From NCBI GenBank assembly GCA_963662615.2, contig CAXXSR010000001.1, positions 1,760,001 through 1,824,000 of the forward strand: a stretch of 64,000 nt of DNA, read 5' to 3'. A program made the position numbers and the translations under genes. The notes under the pieces are model-generated. The model saw nothing but the letters and a program-made list of their open reading frames with translations. It did not search any database and was not told the origin of the DNA. The DNA is from Dehalococcoidia bacterium (GTDB taxonomy: Bacteria; Chloroflexota; Dehalococcoidia; Bin125). Below are positions 29,516-39,483 of the stretch, one piece after another. Position 1 is the first letter of the stretch; the number at the start of each line of letters is the position of its first letter.

Positions 29516-29938
29516 GAGAACCTCCCCTGCGATCCGTCCGATGCGGCCAGACTAACGCGCCGGCGTGAGGGCTGGCAACGGGGGCTCCAGCGTCCGCCTT
29601 GCCACGTCGCGAGCGTACGCGTTCCGTCTTGGCGACGGCATGGCGCCGGTATCGGCGCTGGAAGACGGCGCGGGGATGGCTTGGGAGCCTTGAATTGGAT
29701 GTCGTAGAGGCCTCTCCGACTGACAGTTCGATTCAAGCCACTGCCATTCGACGTTGCGGCATTGCCGTAAACCTCTCACCGCGCTCGAGTGGCGGCGCGC
29801 AGCACCGGCGGCCCTAGGGCGGTAGGCTCTGCGGCGGCATGACGGCGGACAAGGCGCCGTCGAGACACGTGGGCAAGCGCTGCCGGAAGGAACTTTGGCG
29901 CTCTACAGCCGCAACGCCGCTGACGAAGGGGGGACGAG

Positions 29939-30568
29939 ATGGATGCGGACGAACGCTTTCCGATGCCGCTCGGGGAGGCGATGTTTTCCATGCGCGCGAT
30001 TCGGCGCCTCAGGCCGGAGCCGATCGCGGAGGCAGACCTGCGCGACATCTTGACGGCCGCGACCCAAGCGCCCTCCGGCAACAACAGCCAACCGTGGCAC
30101 TTCCTCGTCGTCCAGGATCCGGGCCAGCGCGCGCGGATGGGCGAGCTGTACCACGAAGCCTGGTGGGCAAAGCGGCGGGATGCCGGCGTCCAGGGCCCGG
30201 AGGACATCCCGGAAACCGACCGTATCGCCCGCTCGGCGATGCGCCTGGCGGGGGAGATCGGAGACGCGCCGGTGATCGTCCTCGTCTGTGCGCTGGCCGA
30301 GGGCGCGTCCCCGATGGCCTCCGTGATCCCGGCCACCCAGAACCTCCTGCTCGCGGCGCGGGCGCTCGGGATCGGCGGCACGATCACCACGCTCCATCCC
30401 ATCGTCAACGATCGCGTACATGCGCTCTTCGACATCCCCGAGACGGCGCAGGTCGTGTATTGCGTGCCGTTGGGCTATCCACGGGGCCGTTTCGGGCCCC
30501 TTCGTCGCAAGCCGGTGCAGGAGGTCACTTCGCTGGAGCGATGGGGAGCGGCGCCTGAATGGGACTGA
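29939..30568 (+). CDS. Nitroreductase family protein
   Basis: RAIRR, APSGNNSQPWHF, QNLLLAARALGIG and PLGYP motifs. Confidence 0.92.
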   Translation: MDADERFPMPLGEAMFSMRAIRRLRPEPIAEADLRDILTAATQAPSGNNSQPWHFLVVQDPGQRARMGELYHEAWWAKRRDAGVQGPEDIPETDRIARSAMRLAGEIGDAPVIVLVCALAEGASPMASVIPATQNLLLAARALGIGGTITTLHPIVNDRVHALFDIPETAQVVYCVPLGYPRGRFGPLRRKPVQEVTSLERWGAAPEWD

Positions 30569-30784
30569 GCGCAGGCAGCGCCTAGTTAGCGACAGGTCCA
30601 CACGACGTGCTCATCGTGATGGGGGGCGTCGCACCCCTCGGAGATCCCACTTCCCGTGCGGCCGCGGTCCGCATATCATCGGCATGAGACCCACTGCGTC
30701 TCTCCTTTGCCCCGAGCGGTCGCGGCGGACCCGCCCCGATCGGCGCCGTGGCGGCTCTCGCCCGGCCGACGTAGAAAGAGATTC

Positions 30785-31219
30785 ATGAGCAGTCTCCTTG
30801 GGATCGCAATTCGGGAGCGCGCGCGCGCCCCAATGCTGGAAGTCCAGGAAGCGGAGGTGTCCGATCTCGGCATCCTGGGGGACTCACGCGCTCTCGGGGG
30901 GACCCGGGCCGTGACGGTCATTTCCAAGGAGTCGTGGGAGGCAGCGTGCACGGAGTTCGGTCGCGAGTTGCCGTGGACCGCGCGGCGAGCCAACCTGCTC
31001 GTTGAGGGCGCGTCCCTCGTCGACAGCCTCGGCGCCCGATTAGATGTGGGCGAAGCGTTCCTTGAGGTGACGGGCGAGACCGCGCCGTGTGAACGGATGG
31101 ATGAGGTAACGGCCGGGTTGCGCGCATGCCTGGCTCCCCGCTGGCGAGGGGGCGTGACTTGCAAGGTCGTAGTCCCCGGGCGGATTCGTGTCGGCGACGC
31201 CGTGAAAGTCATCAAGTAA
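30785..31219 (+). CDS. MOSC domain protein
   Basis: GILGD, RAVTV, RRANLLVEG, GETAPCERMD and RGGVTCKV motifs. Confidence 0.88.
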   Translation: MSSLLGIAIRERARAPMLEVQEAEVSDLGILGDSRALGGTRAVTVISKESWEAACTEFGRELPWTARRANLLVEGASLVDSLGARLDVGEAFLEVTGETAPCERMDEVTAGLRACLAPRWRGGVTCKVVVPGRIRVGDAVKVIK

Positions 31220-31380
31220 CCTCCCCCAGGACAAGAGGCTGACCTACTCGGCCGCCTCAGGCCGGTGCACCATGTGGGAGTCGCTGAGACGCCGCTTGAC
31301 GTGCTGGTGGAACGGCCACCATTGGGAAGCGCCGGCGCGCTCGCCGAGCCGCGTGAAGAGAGTCCCGCGGCAGGACTTGT

Positions 31381-32145
31381 TCACCGGGCGCCAGGCCCGC
31401 ACGGGAGCTGCTCCACGAAGGCTCGCAGCGCGGCGAAGTAGGCTGCCCCGTCGACTCGGTAGGTATCGTTGTGACCGGCTCCGGCGATCGTATAAAACTC
31501 TTTGGGCTCCTTGGCGGCATCGAACAACGCCCGTCCCGCGTCGATCGGGACGATGTCGTCGCGGTCGCCGTGCAACACGAGCTTCGGCGCCTTCAGACCC
31601 CGAATCTTCGCCCGCGCGTCGTAGCGCGTCCGCAACAGGAGCCAGATCGGCAGGAACGGGTAGCGGCGACGGGCCAGATACGGCACGGAGGGGAAGCCCG
31701 ACTCCAGGATTAGCCCGCAGGGCTCGGCGCGCGACGCCAGCTCGACCGCGACTGCCGCGCCGAGGGATCGGCCGAAGTACAGGATGCGATCCGGGGACAG
31801 ATCGTCCCGTGCGCGCAGGTAGCGGAGCGCCGCTTCGGCGTCCCGGTAGGTCCCCTGCTCCGACGGCTTCCCCTCGCTGACGCCGTAGCCCCGGTAGTCG
31901 AAGAGGAAGACATTCACACCCAAGTGGTCATGGAGCAACTTCAGGTTCTCCAGGCGGTGGCTGATGTTTCCGGCGTTTCCGTGGCACCAGAGCCAGGTGA
32001 CGTCTGAGCTGCCGGCGACGAACCAGCCGTGCAAGCGGACGCCGTCGCTGCTGGCGAAGGACACGTCTTCGTGGACCAGTCCGTAGTCGGATGGATCGCC
32101 CGTCAGTCCCCTGTGAGGGAAGAAAATGAAGTAGCGCTCAATCAT
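31381..32145 (-). CDS. Alpha/beta hydrolase (Bem46/ABHD13-like)
   Basis: HGNAGN, DYRGYG, GRSLG, HGDRD and AGHND motifs. Confidence 0.92.
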   Translation of the reverse strand: MIERYFIFFPHRGLTGDPSDYGLVHEDVSFASSDGVRLHGWFVAGSSDVTWLWCHGNAGNISHRLENLKLLHDHLGVNVFLFDYRGYGVSEGKPSEQGTYRDAEAALRYLRARDDLSPDRILYFGRSLGAAVAVELASRAEPCGLILESGFPSVPYLARRRYPFLPIWLLLRTRYDARAKIRGLKAPKLVLHGDRDDIVPIDAGRALFDAAKEPKEFYTIAGAGHNDTYRVDGAAYFAALRAFVEQLPCGPGAR

Positions 32146-32374
32146 GTTGTGAGGGAGCCCTGTCGGGCCGGCGGCTGGCTGCCGCTCTCGGTCACTGTGT
32201 CCTCACCAGCGGCAACGTGCCTGAACGTGACCATGAGCTGCGCCGGTGGCTTGATCGTCTCCACCGCGGCTCGCGCAATGAGGGTCGGCAGCCCGCCCGG
32301 CGGCCGCCGCTTCCGCCCGTGCCCGCGCCTGCCGTCGCGCACCGTCACCCGGGGACGCCGTGCTCGCCGCGCCG

Positions 32375-34114
32375 TCAACCGACCTCCTCATGGAGCGCCT
32401 CGCCACGCAGGAGGCGAGCCGCGGTGTCGTAGGTCTGGCCGGCCGCCCGCACGGTCGGAGCGTGCGCCGTGAGGAACCGCGCCGCACCAACGAGGATGTC
32501 ATCGCCCTCGGGCCGTCCCGCGAAGTTGCCGTACTGCCGTAGGGCGGCTTCATAGATCTGGAAGGCGTGGAAGCCTGCGTCCTCTCGCAGCAGCGCCTGC
32601 CCCAGCGTTTCCACGACGGCCCGGCGGTCGCCGCCGGCCAGCAGGTCCGTCACGACCTGGGCGGTTTCGTCGACGCGCTGCTGGCGATCGAACTCCTCCA
32701 GCAGGGCGGCGGCCGAGGCGCGGGCGCCGCTGGCTCGGGGGGCGGGTTGCCGCGGGACGTTCAGGAAGCGCTCCAAGTACACCGACATGGCGCCGTCGAG
32801 GATCCCTCGGGCTAACTCGCGCGAGGGCGCCCGTCGCAGCGCCTGGTCCACCGCGTTGGTGTAGGTGAAGGTGTGGTGCACCGTGTCCCAGTCGGAGAAC
32901 TCATTGGAGGTGTGGAAGTGGAGCGGCCGGCGGGCGGCGGCGTAGGCGACCACCGCACTCAGGTCCGTGAGCGGCACGCCGTCGCGGGCCGCCTTCACGA
33001 TCGCCCCAAGCGAGACGTGCGGTTCCTGGTCCAGGATCGTCTCGGCCAGGGCGCGATGCCCGTCCCACCCCGTCAGTCGCTCCCGGCCGCCCGCGAGGGC
33101 TTCATCGAGAGCGGCGTCGGCATCACGGATGAGATCGGGAAGGTCCACGGGGTGCTGCCAGGCGGCTGTCTCTTCCATCCGCTGGGCGCTCACGAGATTC
33201 GGGATCAGGCTGGGGAGGATCGCCCCGGCCCGCTCCCACCCAATCTGGTCCAGCAGCTCGCAGGCCTTGTTCGCGAAGTCAAGTGTGTGCCCCTCGTCCA
33301 TGAAGAGGTGGTCGGTGGCCGCGGCGAACAGCATGTCGGCCAGTGCCCTCGGGGGAGCGTCCGCGGCGATGGCCGTTCGCAAGCAGCGTTCGGCGGCGGC
33401 GGCGCTCCGCGTCTCGGCGAAGCGACGGAACCATGCACGAAAGACCTCCGGCCGCCGCTCGCGGGTGTCGAGCGGGAGGAGATCGAAGTCGGGCGGCTCC
33501 CCCTCCACGTTGCGCGCCACCTGGATGACTCCGTGAAACAGCGCGCGGGGGCGATCCTCCGGCCGGAGCTGGGCCTGCACGTTCGCCATGGTTGTCAGGA
33601 TGGAGAGCCCGTCAGCCCAGCCGGCGTCCCGGTAGCGGACCCCGAACTCCGCGGCGTTGAGGAGGATCAAGTCCGTGCGTCCCAGGCCCGCCAGCCCAAG
33701 CACGGCCTTGGCCAGCACCAGCCCGATATTCTGTTCCATGCCCTCACGGAGTTTGCGCTCCCAGTGCGCCAGCCGATCCTCCTCCACGGGGGTGGGGTCA
33801 AGCCAGACGTCGCCGTCGCGCACCTCGACCCAGAAAGCGGCGACGTCGTCCGCGAAGGGGTCGAAGGTGCAGCCTCCTGCCAGATCGAACTTGGCGTGGT
33901 GCCAGTGGCAAGTGAGGATCCCGTCTCGGACGGTGCCCCGACTGAGGGGGAAGCCCATGTGTGGGCAACGGTTGTCAACGGCGTAGACGCGGCTATCGTG
34001 CCAGAACAGAGCGACCGTGCGATCGCCCGCCGCGACCACTTGGACGCCGGCGGCTTTCAACTCATCCAGGGAGCACACTCGGAGGGTGACGTGGGTGCCG
34101 GGGTCCGCAGTCAC
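32375..34114 (-). CDS. Rieske [2Fe-2S] domain fused to a large helical domain of unknown function
   Basis: CPH...CHWH Rieske motif in the N-terminal ~105 aa; AAGGAGG RBS before GTG 34114. Confidence 0.88.
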   Translation of the reverse strand: MTADPGTHVTLRVCSLDELKAAGVQVVAAGDRTVALFWHDSRVYAVDNRCPHMGFPLSRGTVRDGILTCHWHHAKFDLAGGCTFDPFADDVAAFWVEVRDGDVWLDPTPVEEDRLAHWERKLREGMEQNIGLVLAKAVLGLAGLGRTDLILLNAAEFGVRYRDAGWADGLSILTTMANVQAQLRPEDRPRALFHGVIQVARNVEGEPPDFDLLPLDTRERRPEVFRAWFRRFAETRSAAAAERCLRTAIAADAPPRALADMLFAAATDHLFMDEGHTLDFANKACELLDQIGWERAGAILPSLIPNLVSAQRMEETAAWQHPVDLPDLIRDADAALDEALAGGRERLTGWDGHRALAETILDQEPHVSLGAIVKAARDGVPLTDLSAVVAYAAARRPLHFHTSNEFSDWDTVHHTFTYTNAVDQALRRAPSRELARGILDGAMSVYLERFLNVPRQPAPRASGARASAAALLEEFDRQQRVDETAQVVTDLLAGGDRRAVVETLGQALLREDAGFHAFQIYEAALRQYGNFAGRPEGDDILVGAARFLTAHAPTVRAAGQTYDTAARLLRGEALHEEVG

Positions 34115-34439
34115 GACGCTCCTCCTTACCGCTGAGTGTACGCGCCGTTAGCGGCTGTTGACCTGCTGAACTCCGGCCGTTCCTCTCCGGCTGCAGCGCC
34201 CCGTAGGCGAAGATCGCGCAGCGTGAACGAACGTATCCGGCCCTCCTTAAAGCACCGGCTGTAGGTGTGACGGTCCAAGAATCCATCTGTTCTGAACTCG
34301 GCTGGTCTGATGCCGGTTCGGAACGCGATGAGCGGTGTGCGTCAGTCCGATCGATTCTTGAGACACTTCAAGCGCCGACGGCACCCCCGACTGGGCCGAA
34401 TCGAATGCCGAACAGTGGCACGATCCGACTCGGCGCTGG

Positions 34440-34604
34440 CTAGCGGACCAGGTCGAGCATTCTCGAGTACGCCCGCCGTAATAAGCGCCACATGACGATG
34501 ACGGGGATAATCAGCAGCGCAAGCGCCCCGGTGAGGAAATCGCCAAGTTTCAACGTTCGGAAGAGTTTGCCCAGCGAGCGTGCGAACAGCCGGACGGCGC
34601 GCAC
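34440..34604 (-). CDS. Small (54 aa) single-TM membrane protein
   Basis: GTG start after GGAGG; MRAVRLFARSLGKLFRTLKLGDFLTGALALLIIPVIVMWRLLRRAYSRMLDLVR; below the ORF-track cutoff. Confidence 0.45.
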   Translation of the reverse strand: MRAVRLFARSLGKLFRTLKLGDFLTGALALLIIPVIVMWRLLRRAYSRMLDLVR

Positions 34605-34691
34605 GGCCTCCAGCGTCCCTCAGAAGGGTTCACTTTCGAGTAGCACGCCGCTATCAAATGGTGTATCCCTGCACCAAATGGAGGGATTGCC

Positions 34692-34880
34692 ATGGGAGAA
34701 GCCATCCACGTCGATCGGCAGCGGGTCGTCTCTGCGATGCGAAAGCATCAGACGCTTGTCGATGCTGACGAGCGGGCGACTGCCGAGGCACGCGAGTTCG
34801 AGGAACAGGACAAGATTGAGCGCGAGCGTCGCGATCGGGAGTTCAAGGCGCAGCAGGACGAGAAGGGACGGGCGCGATGA
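34692..34880 (+). CDS. Hypothetical small charged coiled-coil protein
   Basis: GGAGGG RBS; E/R/K/Q-rich; ATGA overlap with the next ORF. Confidence 0.6.
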   Translation: MGEAIHVDRQRVVSAMRKHQTLVDADERATAEAREFEEQDKIERERRDREFKAQQDEKGRAR

Positions 34881-35401
34881 CGCTGACTCCATTCATCGAG
34901 CTCTCGCCCACCGCGCCAAACCCCAACGGGTACAACCCCAGCACGCCGGACGACCCTTGGGCATACGGGACCCACTGGACGTTCGGCGGATTCACGTCCG
35001 GTTGGTCCTTGAGCATTGACAGCCAAGCGAGCGCGAACGAGATCATCATCGGGTACGATCCAGGCGATCCCGCTGACGAGAACGATCTGACCAGCATCGT
35101 CGCTGACATCTACCGGCGGTGCGCAGCGGGAACGAACCTGGCCTTGCGAAACATCCCTGAGGCGAGCCAACTCCTCCTCGTCTATGGTTTCGGAGCCGGC
35201 ACGGGCGATCCGAGCATCCAGTTCTTCGTTGGTTCCGATTTCGTTCGAACCGAGCCAATCAGGGACAACGTGAATGAGACTGTGGCTCTCCTCCTCGATG
35301 TTCCCGCTGGCGACAGCACACTCACGGTGTACACGCGCCTGGCGAGTCCGAACTACTGGGCTCGGGTCGGAGTCCAAGGAGTAACAGCGTATCTGCTCTA
35401 A
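34877..35401 (+). CDS. Hypothetical beta-rich protein
   Basis: 174-aa ORF with natural composition, coupled to the upstream ORF; no family recognised. Confidence 0.72.
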   Translation: MTLTPFIELSPTAPNPNGYNPSTPDDPWAYGTHWTFGGFTSGWSLSIDSQASANEIIIGYDPGDPADENDLTSIVADIYRRCAAGTNLALRNIPEASQLLLVYGFGAGTGDPSIQFFVGSDFVRTEPIRDNVNETVALLLDVPAGDSTLTVYTRLASPNYWARVGVQGVTAYLL

Positions 35402-35426
35402 GCGTGCGGTGGATCTGCGGTGCGCG

Positions 35427-35606
35427 TCATCGGGAAACAAGCCTGCAGGATTTGGGCCAGGGCGCCCTAAGGTAGAAAATCGCACGCGCACTCAATTGCT
35501 GGTAGACGGAGCCGCCGCAGTCCCTGCAGAGGCTCGCGCCCGATCTGGCGACGACGAGCGAAAGGGGCTTTCCGCACTTCCGACACGGTGCTGCCGGCGT
35601 CTCCAT
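35427..35606 (-). CDS. Small zinc-ribbon-like protein (59 aa)
   Basis: AAGGAGG RBS then ATG 35606; CRKC...CRDC pair of CxxC motifs. Confidence 0.5.
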   Translation of the reverse strand: METPAAPCRKCGKPLSLVVARSGASLCRDCGGSVYQQLSARAIFYLRAPWPKSCRLVSR

Positions 35607-36057
35607 CGAACTCCGGTCCTCCTTCGTCGGGCTGACACTAACCCAGGCGAGGACGGATCCGCAGATGCACCTGCCCCATTCGCCATGGGACGAATGACCC
35701 ATTCGCCCGATCGGCTAGGAGCGAAGGACGGTGAGGTCACTCTGAGGGCCGTAACGGGCGGGGCTTGTGCGCAACCGCCAGCGCTGCTGCCGAGATCCAT
35801 GAGCAGTCCCTGAGGTGATGGACTGAACGCCGGCGGCGACACGCTGCTGTAATCGCTGTGCTGTTGGACGGGCGGTCTTCATGGCATGTCCCGCAGGGCG
35901 AACGCACCGCCCCACTGACTGTCGTAGGGTTACGGCTAGGCCGAGGCGGCGCGCCGCGCCGGAACTCTATCTCGGCCAGTTCTGCGAGAAATGGGTCTCT
36001 TCATGGAGGCCAACGCGCTTAGCACCGCGGCCTAGGGCCGCGAGGGGGAGGGATCCA

Positions 36058-37098
36058 ATGAAGGCGGCGGTATTCAAGGAACGCGGGCAGCCGCTGGTGA
36101 TCGAGGAGGTGCCGGATCCGATGCCGCTGCCGAACGAGCTGCTGGTGAAGATCGCGGCCTGCGGCATCTGCGGCACCGACCTGCACTGGAGCGAATACGA
36201 GATCCCAGACGGCAGCTGGCGGAAATTGGCGCCGGGCGCGGTCATGGGGCACGAGTTCACCGGCGAGATCGTCGAGGTCGGCCGCGAGCTCACGGGCGGG
36301 TGGAAGGTCGGCGAGCGGGTCTGCGCCCAGCCCTCGCTCGGCTGCGGCAAGTGCCCGGCCTGCCTCGCCGGACGCAGCTATCGCTGTCCCGACGTCATCA
36401 CCCGAGCCTCGAGCAAGCTGACGGGCGCCTATGCCGAGTTCACGCGGGTTGGCGAATCCGAGACCCTGCGCTTGCCAGACTCCGTCGACGACAGCCTCGG
36501 CGCCTTGGTCGAGCCGCTCGCCGTTGGGCTCGCCGCTGTCCGTCGCGCTCATTTGAGCCAAGGCGATACGGTGCTGATCGTCGGCGGCGGCCCCATCGGC
36601 CTCTCGGTGGCGCTCTGGTGCCGCTTCTTCGGCGCCCGCCACGTCATCGTCAGCGACCTGGTTCGGGCCCGGGCCGAGCGCGCCGCCGAGTTCGGCGCCA
36701 CCGCGGCGATCGACGCGGCCACCGAGGACGTCGCCGCCCGGGCGGAGCAGCTCGCCGGCGGCAGCCCCTCGGTGCTCTTCGACTGTGTCGGCGTGCCCGG
36801 CAGCATGCAGCTCTCAATCGACTACGCGTCGAACGATGCCCGCGTCGTCGTGGTCGGGCTCTGCATGGTGCAGGACAGCTTCTTCCCTGCCCGCGCCATC
36901 ATGAAGGAACTCGATGTCAGCTTCGCCTTCGTCTACACCAAGGCAGACTTCGAGTTCACGATCGAGATGCTGGGCCGCCAGCGCATCGACGCCGCCGGCC
37001 TGGTCACCGACCATGTCGGCTTCGACGCCTTTCCCGCGGCCTTTGAGGCCCTGAAGCGCCCCAGTGACCAAATCAAAGTGCTGCTGCGGCCGGACTGA
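36058..37098 (+). CDS. Zn-dependent alcohol dehydrogenase (MDR family)
   Basis: CGICGTDLH, GHE, CGKCPAC...C, EPLAVG and GGGPIG motifs. Confidence 0.94.
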   Translation: MKAAVFKERGQPLVIEEVPDPMPLPNELLVKIAACGICGTDLHWSEYEIPDGSWRKLAPGAVMGHEFTGEIVEVGRELTGGWKVGERVCAQPSLGCGKCPACLAGRSYRCPDVITRASSKLTGAYAEFTRVGESETLRLPDSVDDSLGALVEPLAVGLAAVRRAHLSQGDTVLIVGGGPIGLSVALWCRFFGARHVIVSDLVRARAERAAEFGATAAIDAATEDVAARAEQLAGGSPSVLFDCVGVPGSMQLSIDYASNDARVVVVGLCMVQDSFFPARAIMKELDVSFAFVYTKADFEFTIEMLGRQRIDAAGLVTDHVGFDAFPAAFEALKRPSDQIKVLLRPD

Positions 37099-37202
37099 GG
37101 GCAGTCTCCGTCTCGTCATCCGCGGGACAGGAGCCTGTCCGATTCAATGTCGAACAGTGTCGTTCGAGATAGAGTCGGTGGCAGATCGGCCAGAATGATC
37201 GG

Positions 37203-37934
37203 ATGACGCTCGAGCTGCGCAATCCGCACGCGATCCTGGCCGCTCTGCGCGCCCGCCCCGAGGACGTGCAAGAGCTTCGTACGACTGCAGACGGGGGCGT
37301 TTGGGGTGATCTCGCGGCGGAGGCTCGCCGCGCCGAAGTGACGGTGCTCAGCACCGCAGCGGCCGGCCCAGGACGGGCGGGCAAGGGAAAGCCTGGACGG
37401 GAGTCCGCAGGCCGGGCCTTGGTCAAAGAGCGCGCGGAAACTGCCATCGAGCAGATGTTTGCGCAGGTCGCGCCGGACTCCGTCTTTCTGGCGCTGGACC
37501 AGATTCAGGACCCGCAGAACGTCGGGGCGATCTTTCGCACGGCCGCCTTCTTTGGCGTGGCGGGATTGATCATGCCGGCGGATCGAGCGGCCCCGCTTTC
37601 GGGCGTCGTCTACGACGTCGCCAGCGGCGGGGTCGAGTCGGTCCTGTTCGCGCGCGAAGGCAACCTGCGTCGGGCGCTCGATCAGGCCCGCGCCGCCGGG
37701 CTCTGGATTCTGGGCACGTCGGAACATGCGGAGACCTCGCTGCATGATGTACCGCGGGATCGATCCTGGCTGGTGGTGCTGGGCAACGAGGAGCGCGGCC
37801 TGCGCCGGCTGACCCAAGAGCAGTGCGACGTGATCTGTGCAATCCCTCAGTCAGCGGGCCCTGCCGAGGTGCCGGTCACGTCGCTCAACGTCTCCGTCTC
37901 CGCCGGGATCGTGCTGGCGGCGCTGCGTCGCTAG
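37203..37934 (+). CDS. rlmB: SpoU-family rRNA 2'-O-methyltransferase (RlmB-like)
   Basis: LDQIQDPQNVGAIFR, LGNEERGL and SLNVSVSAG motifs. Confidence 0.8.
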   Translation: MTLELRNPHAILAALRARPEDVQELRTTADGGVWGDLAAEARRAEVTVLSTAAAGPGRAGKGKPGRESAGRALVKERAETAIEQMFAQVAPDSVFLALDQIQDPQNVGAIFRTAAFFGVAGLIMPADRAAPLSGVVYDVASGGVESVLFAREGNLRRALDQARAAGLWILGTSEHAETSLHDVPRDRSWLVVLGNEERGLRRLTQEQCDVICAIPQSAGPAEVPVTSLNVSVSAGIVLAALRR

Positions 37935-38263
37935 GCAGGCGTCCGCGTCAGACCGAGACGAACTGGGCGCGATAGAGGTCGTAGGCCCTAGAACCGGAGC
38001 GATCGTTTGATGCCGTGCGAGATAAGGGCCGCCGCAGGCGTTGAGCCGACGAGCACGCCACGGCAAGCCTGGGCCCGACGGGGCACACGAACTCGCGGTC
38101 ATGGTGGGCCGCGGCCATGCGGACTTGAACGGCGCTTTGCTGTGCGCAGGACAGGGCTGCCCGCCAGTCGATGCTGGGGACGCAATGCGGCTCGCGCCCC
38201 TTGACCAACTGCAGCGCCGCCGCAACCATTCCCTCGGATGCCTGCTCGGATCGGAGCGATGCG

Positions 38264-39280
38264 ATGGATCCGTTCGAACGAGTCGAGATTGGGAACACCG
38301 GTGTGCACGTGACGCGCCTGGGCATGGGCGGGGTGCCGCTGTCGCGTCCGCCGACAGCGGACGCGCTGATGCCGGGTCCTTCGTATGACGGCGCCCTCGC
38401 CACAGTGAAGAGCGCCTACCAGATCGGCGTGCGTTACTTCGACACCGCCCCCGTCTACGGGAGCGGGATCAGCGAAGTCCGCGTGGGCAGAGGGCTGGAG
38501 GGCAAGCCTCGCGACGACTTCGTCCTGTCCACGAAGGTGGGCCGGGTGCTCGACCTGGCGGATCCGCACGATTCCGCTCCGAAAGGGCCGGACGGTGCGC
38601 CGGCGTTCAATGTCCGCTTCGATCTCAGCCGCGAAGGCATCATGCGATCGCTGGAAGAGAGCCTGCGGCGCCTGAACCTGGATCGCGTGGATATCCTCTA
38701 CCTCCACGATCCGGACGCCGAGCCCGGCCTCGAGGATCAGGCCTACGCCACCGCCTTCCCCACCCTGCTGGCGCTGCGCGAGCAAGGCCTGGTGCGAGCG
38801 ATCGGCACGGGCATGAACCAGTGGGAGATGCCCGCCCGCTTCATCCGCCGCTTCGACATCGACGTGGTGTTGCTGGCGGGCCGCTACACGCTCCTCGACC
38901 AGTCCGCCCACGGAGAGTTCCTCAATCTGTGCCTGGAGCGCGGCGTCCGAATCGCCATCGGCGGCCCCTACAACAGCGGCATCCTGGCCGCCCCGGACCT
39001 CTCCAAGCGCGTGTCGTTCAATTACGCGCCGGCGCCGCCGGAGTGGGTGGACAAGGCGGCCCGGCTGCGGGCGGTCTGTGACCGGCACGGCGTGGCGCTG
39101 AAGGCCGCGGCTTTGCAGTTCGTCCTCGCCCACCCCGCGGTTGCCACCGTCATCCCCGGCGCCGCCAGCAGCGAGGAAGCTGAGGAAAACGCGCGCCTGA
39201 TCGCGCAGGATCTGCCCGTCGCGCTATGGGCCGAGCTGAAGCGGGAGGGCCTGCTTCCCGCCGATGCCCCGACCCCCTGA
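38264..39280 (+). CDS. Aldo/keto reductase (D-threo-aldose 1-dehydrogenase-like)
   Basis: FDTAPVYG, LSTKVGR, YLHDPD, LAGRYTLLDQ and YNSGILA motifs. Confidence 0.92.
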   Translation: MDPFERVEIGNTGVHVTRLGMGGVPLSRPPTADALMPGPSYDGALATVKSAYQIGVRYFDTAPVYGSGISEVRVGRGLEGKPRDDFVLSTKVGRVLDLADPHDSAPKGPDGAPAFNVRFDLSREGIMRSLEESLRRLNLDRVDILYLHDPDAEPGLEDQAYATAFPTLLALREQGLVRAIGTGMNQWEMPARFIRRFDIDVVLLAGRYTLLDQSAHGEFLNLCLERGVRIAIGGPYNSGILAAPDLSKRVSFNYAPAPPEWVDKAARLRAVCDRHGVALKAAALQFVLAHPAVATVIPGAASSEEAEENARLIAQDLPVALWAELKREGLLPADAPTP

Positions 39281-39483
39281 CGGCGCCTCGCCTTGCTTTG
39301 CGGACGCCGAGCCGCATCTCCTGAGCCGCAACGTCGAGTCCACCTGCGGCGGGGTCGGCTCCCGCCAACAATCGGGTGCGGCCCTGACCGCGCGCTACCG
39401 GCTCCTCAAAGCCTTTGAAGTCCGCTTCCCCGCGCCGTCTGCAGAGGAGCCGCTGTCCTCTACCAACTGCCGCCGCACGCCGG

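Noticed and set aside
29689-29737. Imperfect hairpin CTTGAAT...ATTCAAG as a possible attC site
   Set aside because: Lacks RYYYAAC/GTTRRRY ends, is single copy, and no integron integrase is present.
31272-31380. MWESLRRRLTCWWNGHHWE, resembling small CxxxGHxW proteins
   Set aside because: The frame runs 500 nt antisense into the hydrolase gene and has no RBS; at best an unprovable remnant.
32142-32378. 78-aa ORF that exactly tiles between the Rieske and hydrolase genes with 4-nt overlaps
   Set aside because: TTG start and Arg/Pro-rich low-complexity composition; the tiling may be chance.
37948-37995. YDLYRAQFVSV-stop, resembling an ABC exporter C-terminus
   Set aside because: Too short to distinguish from chance.
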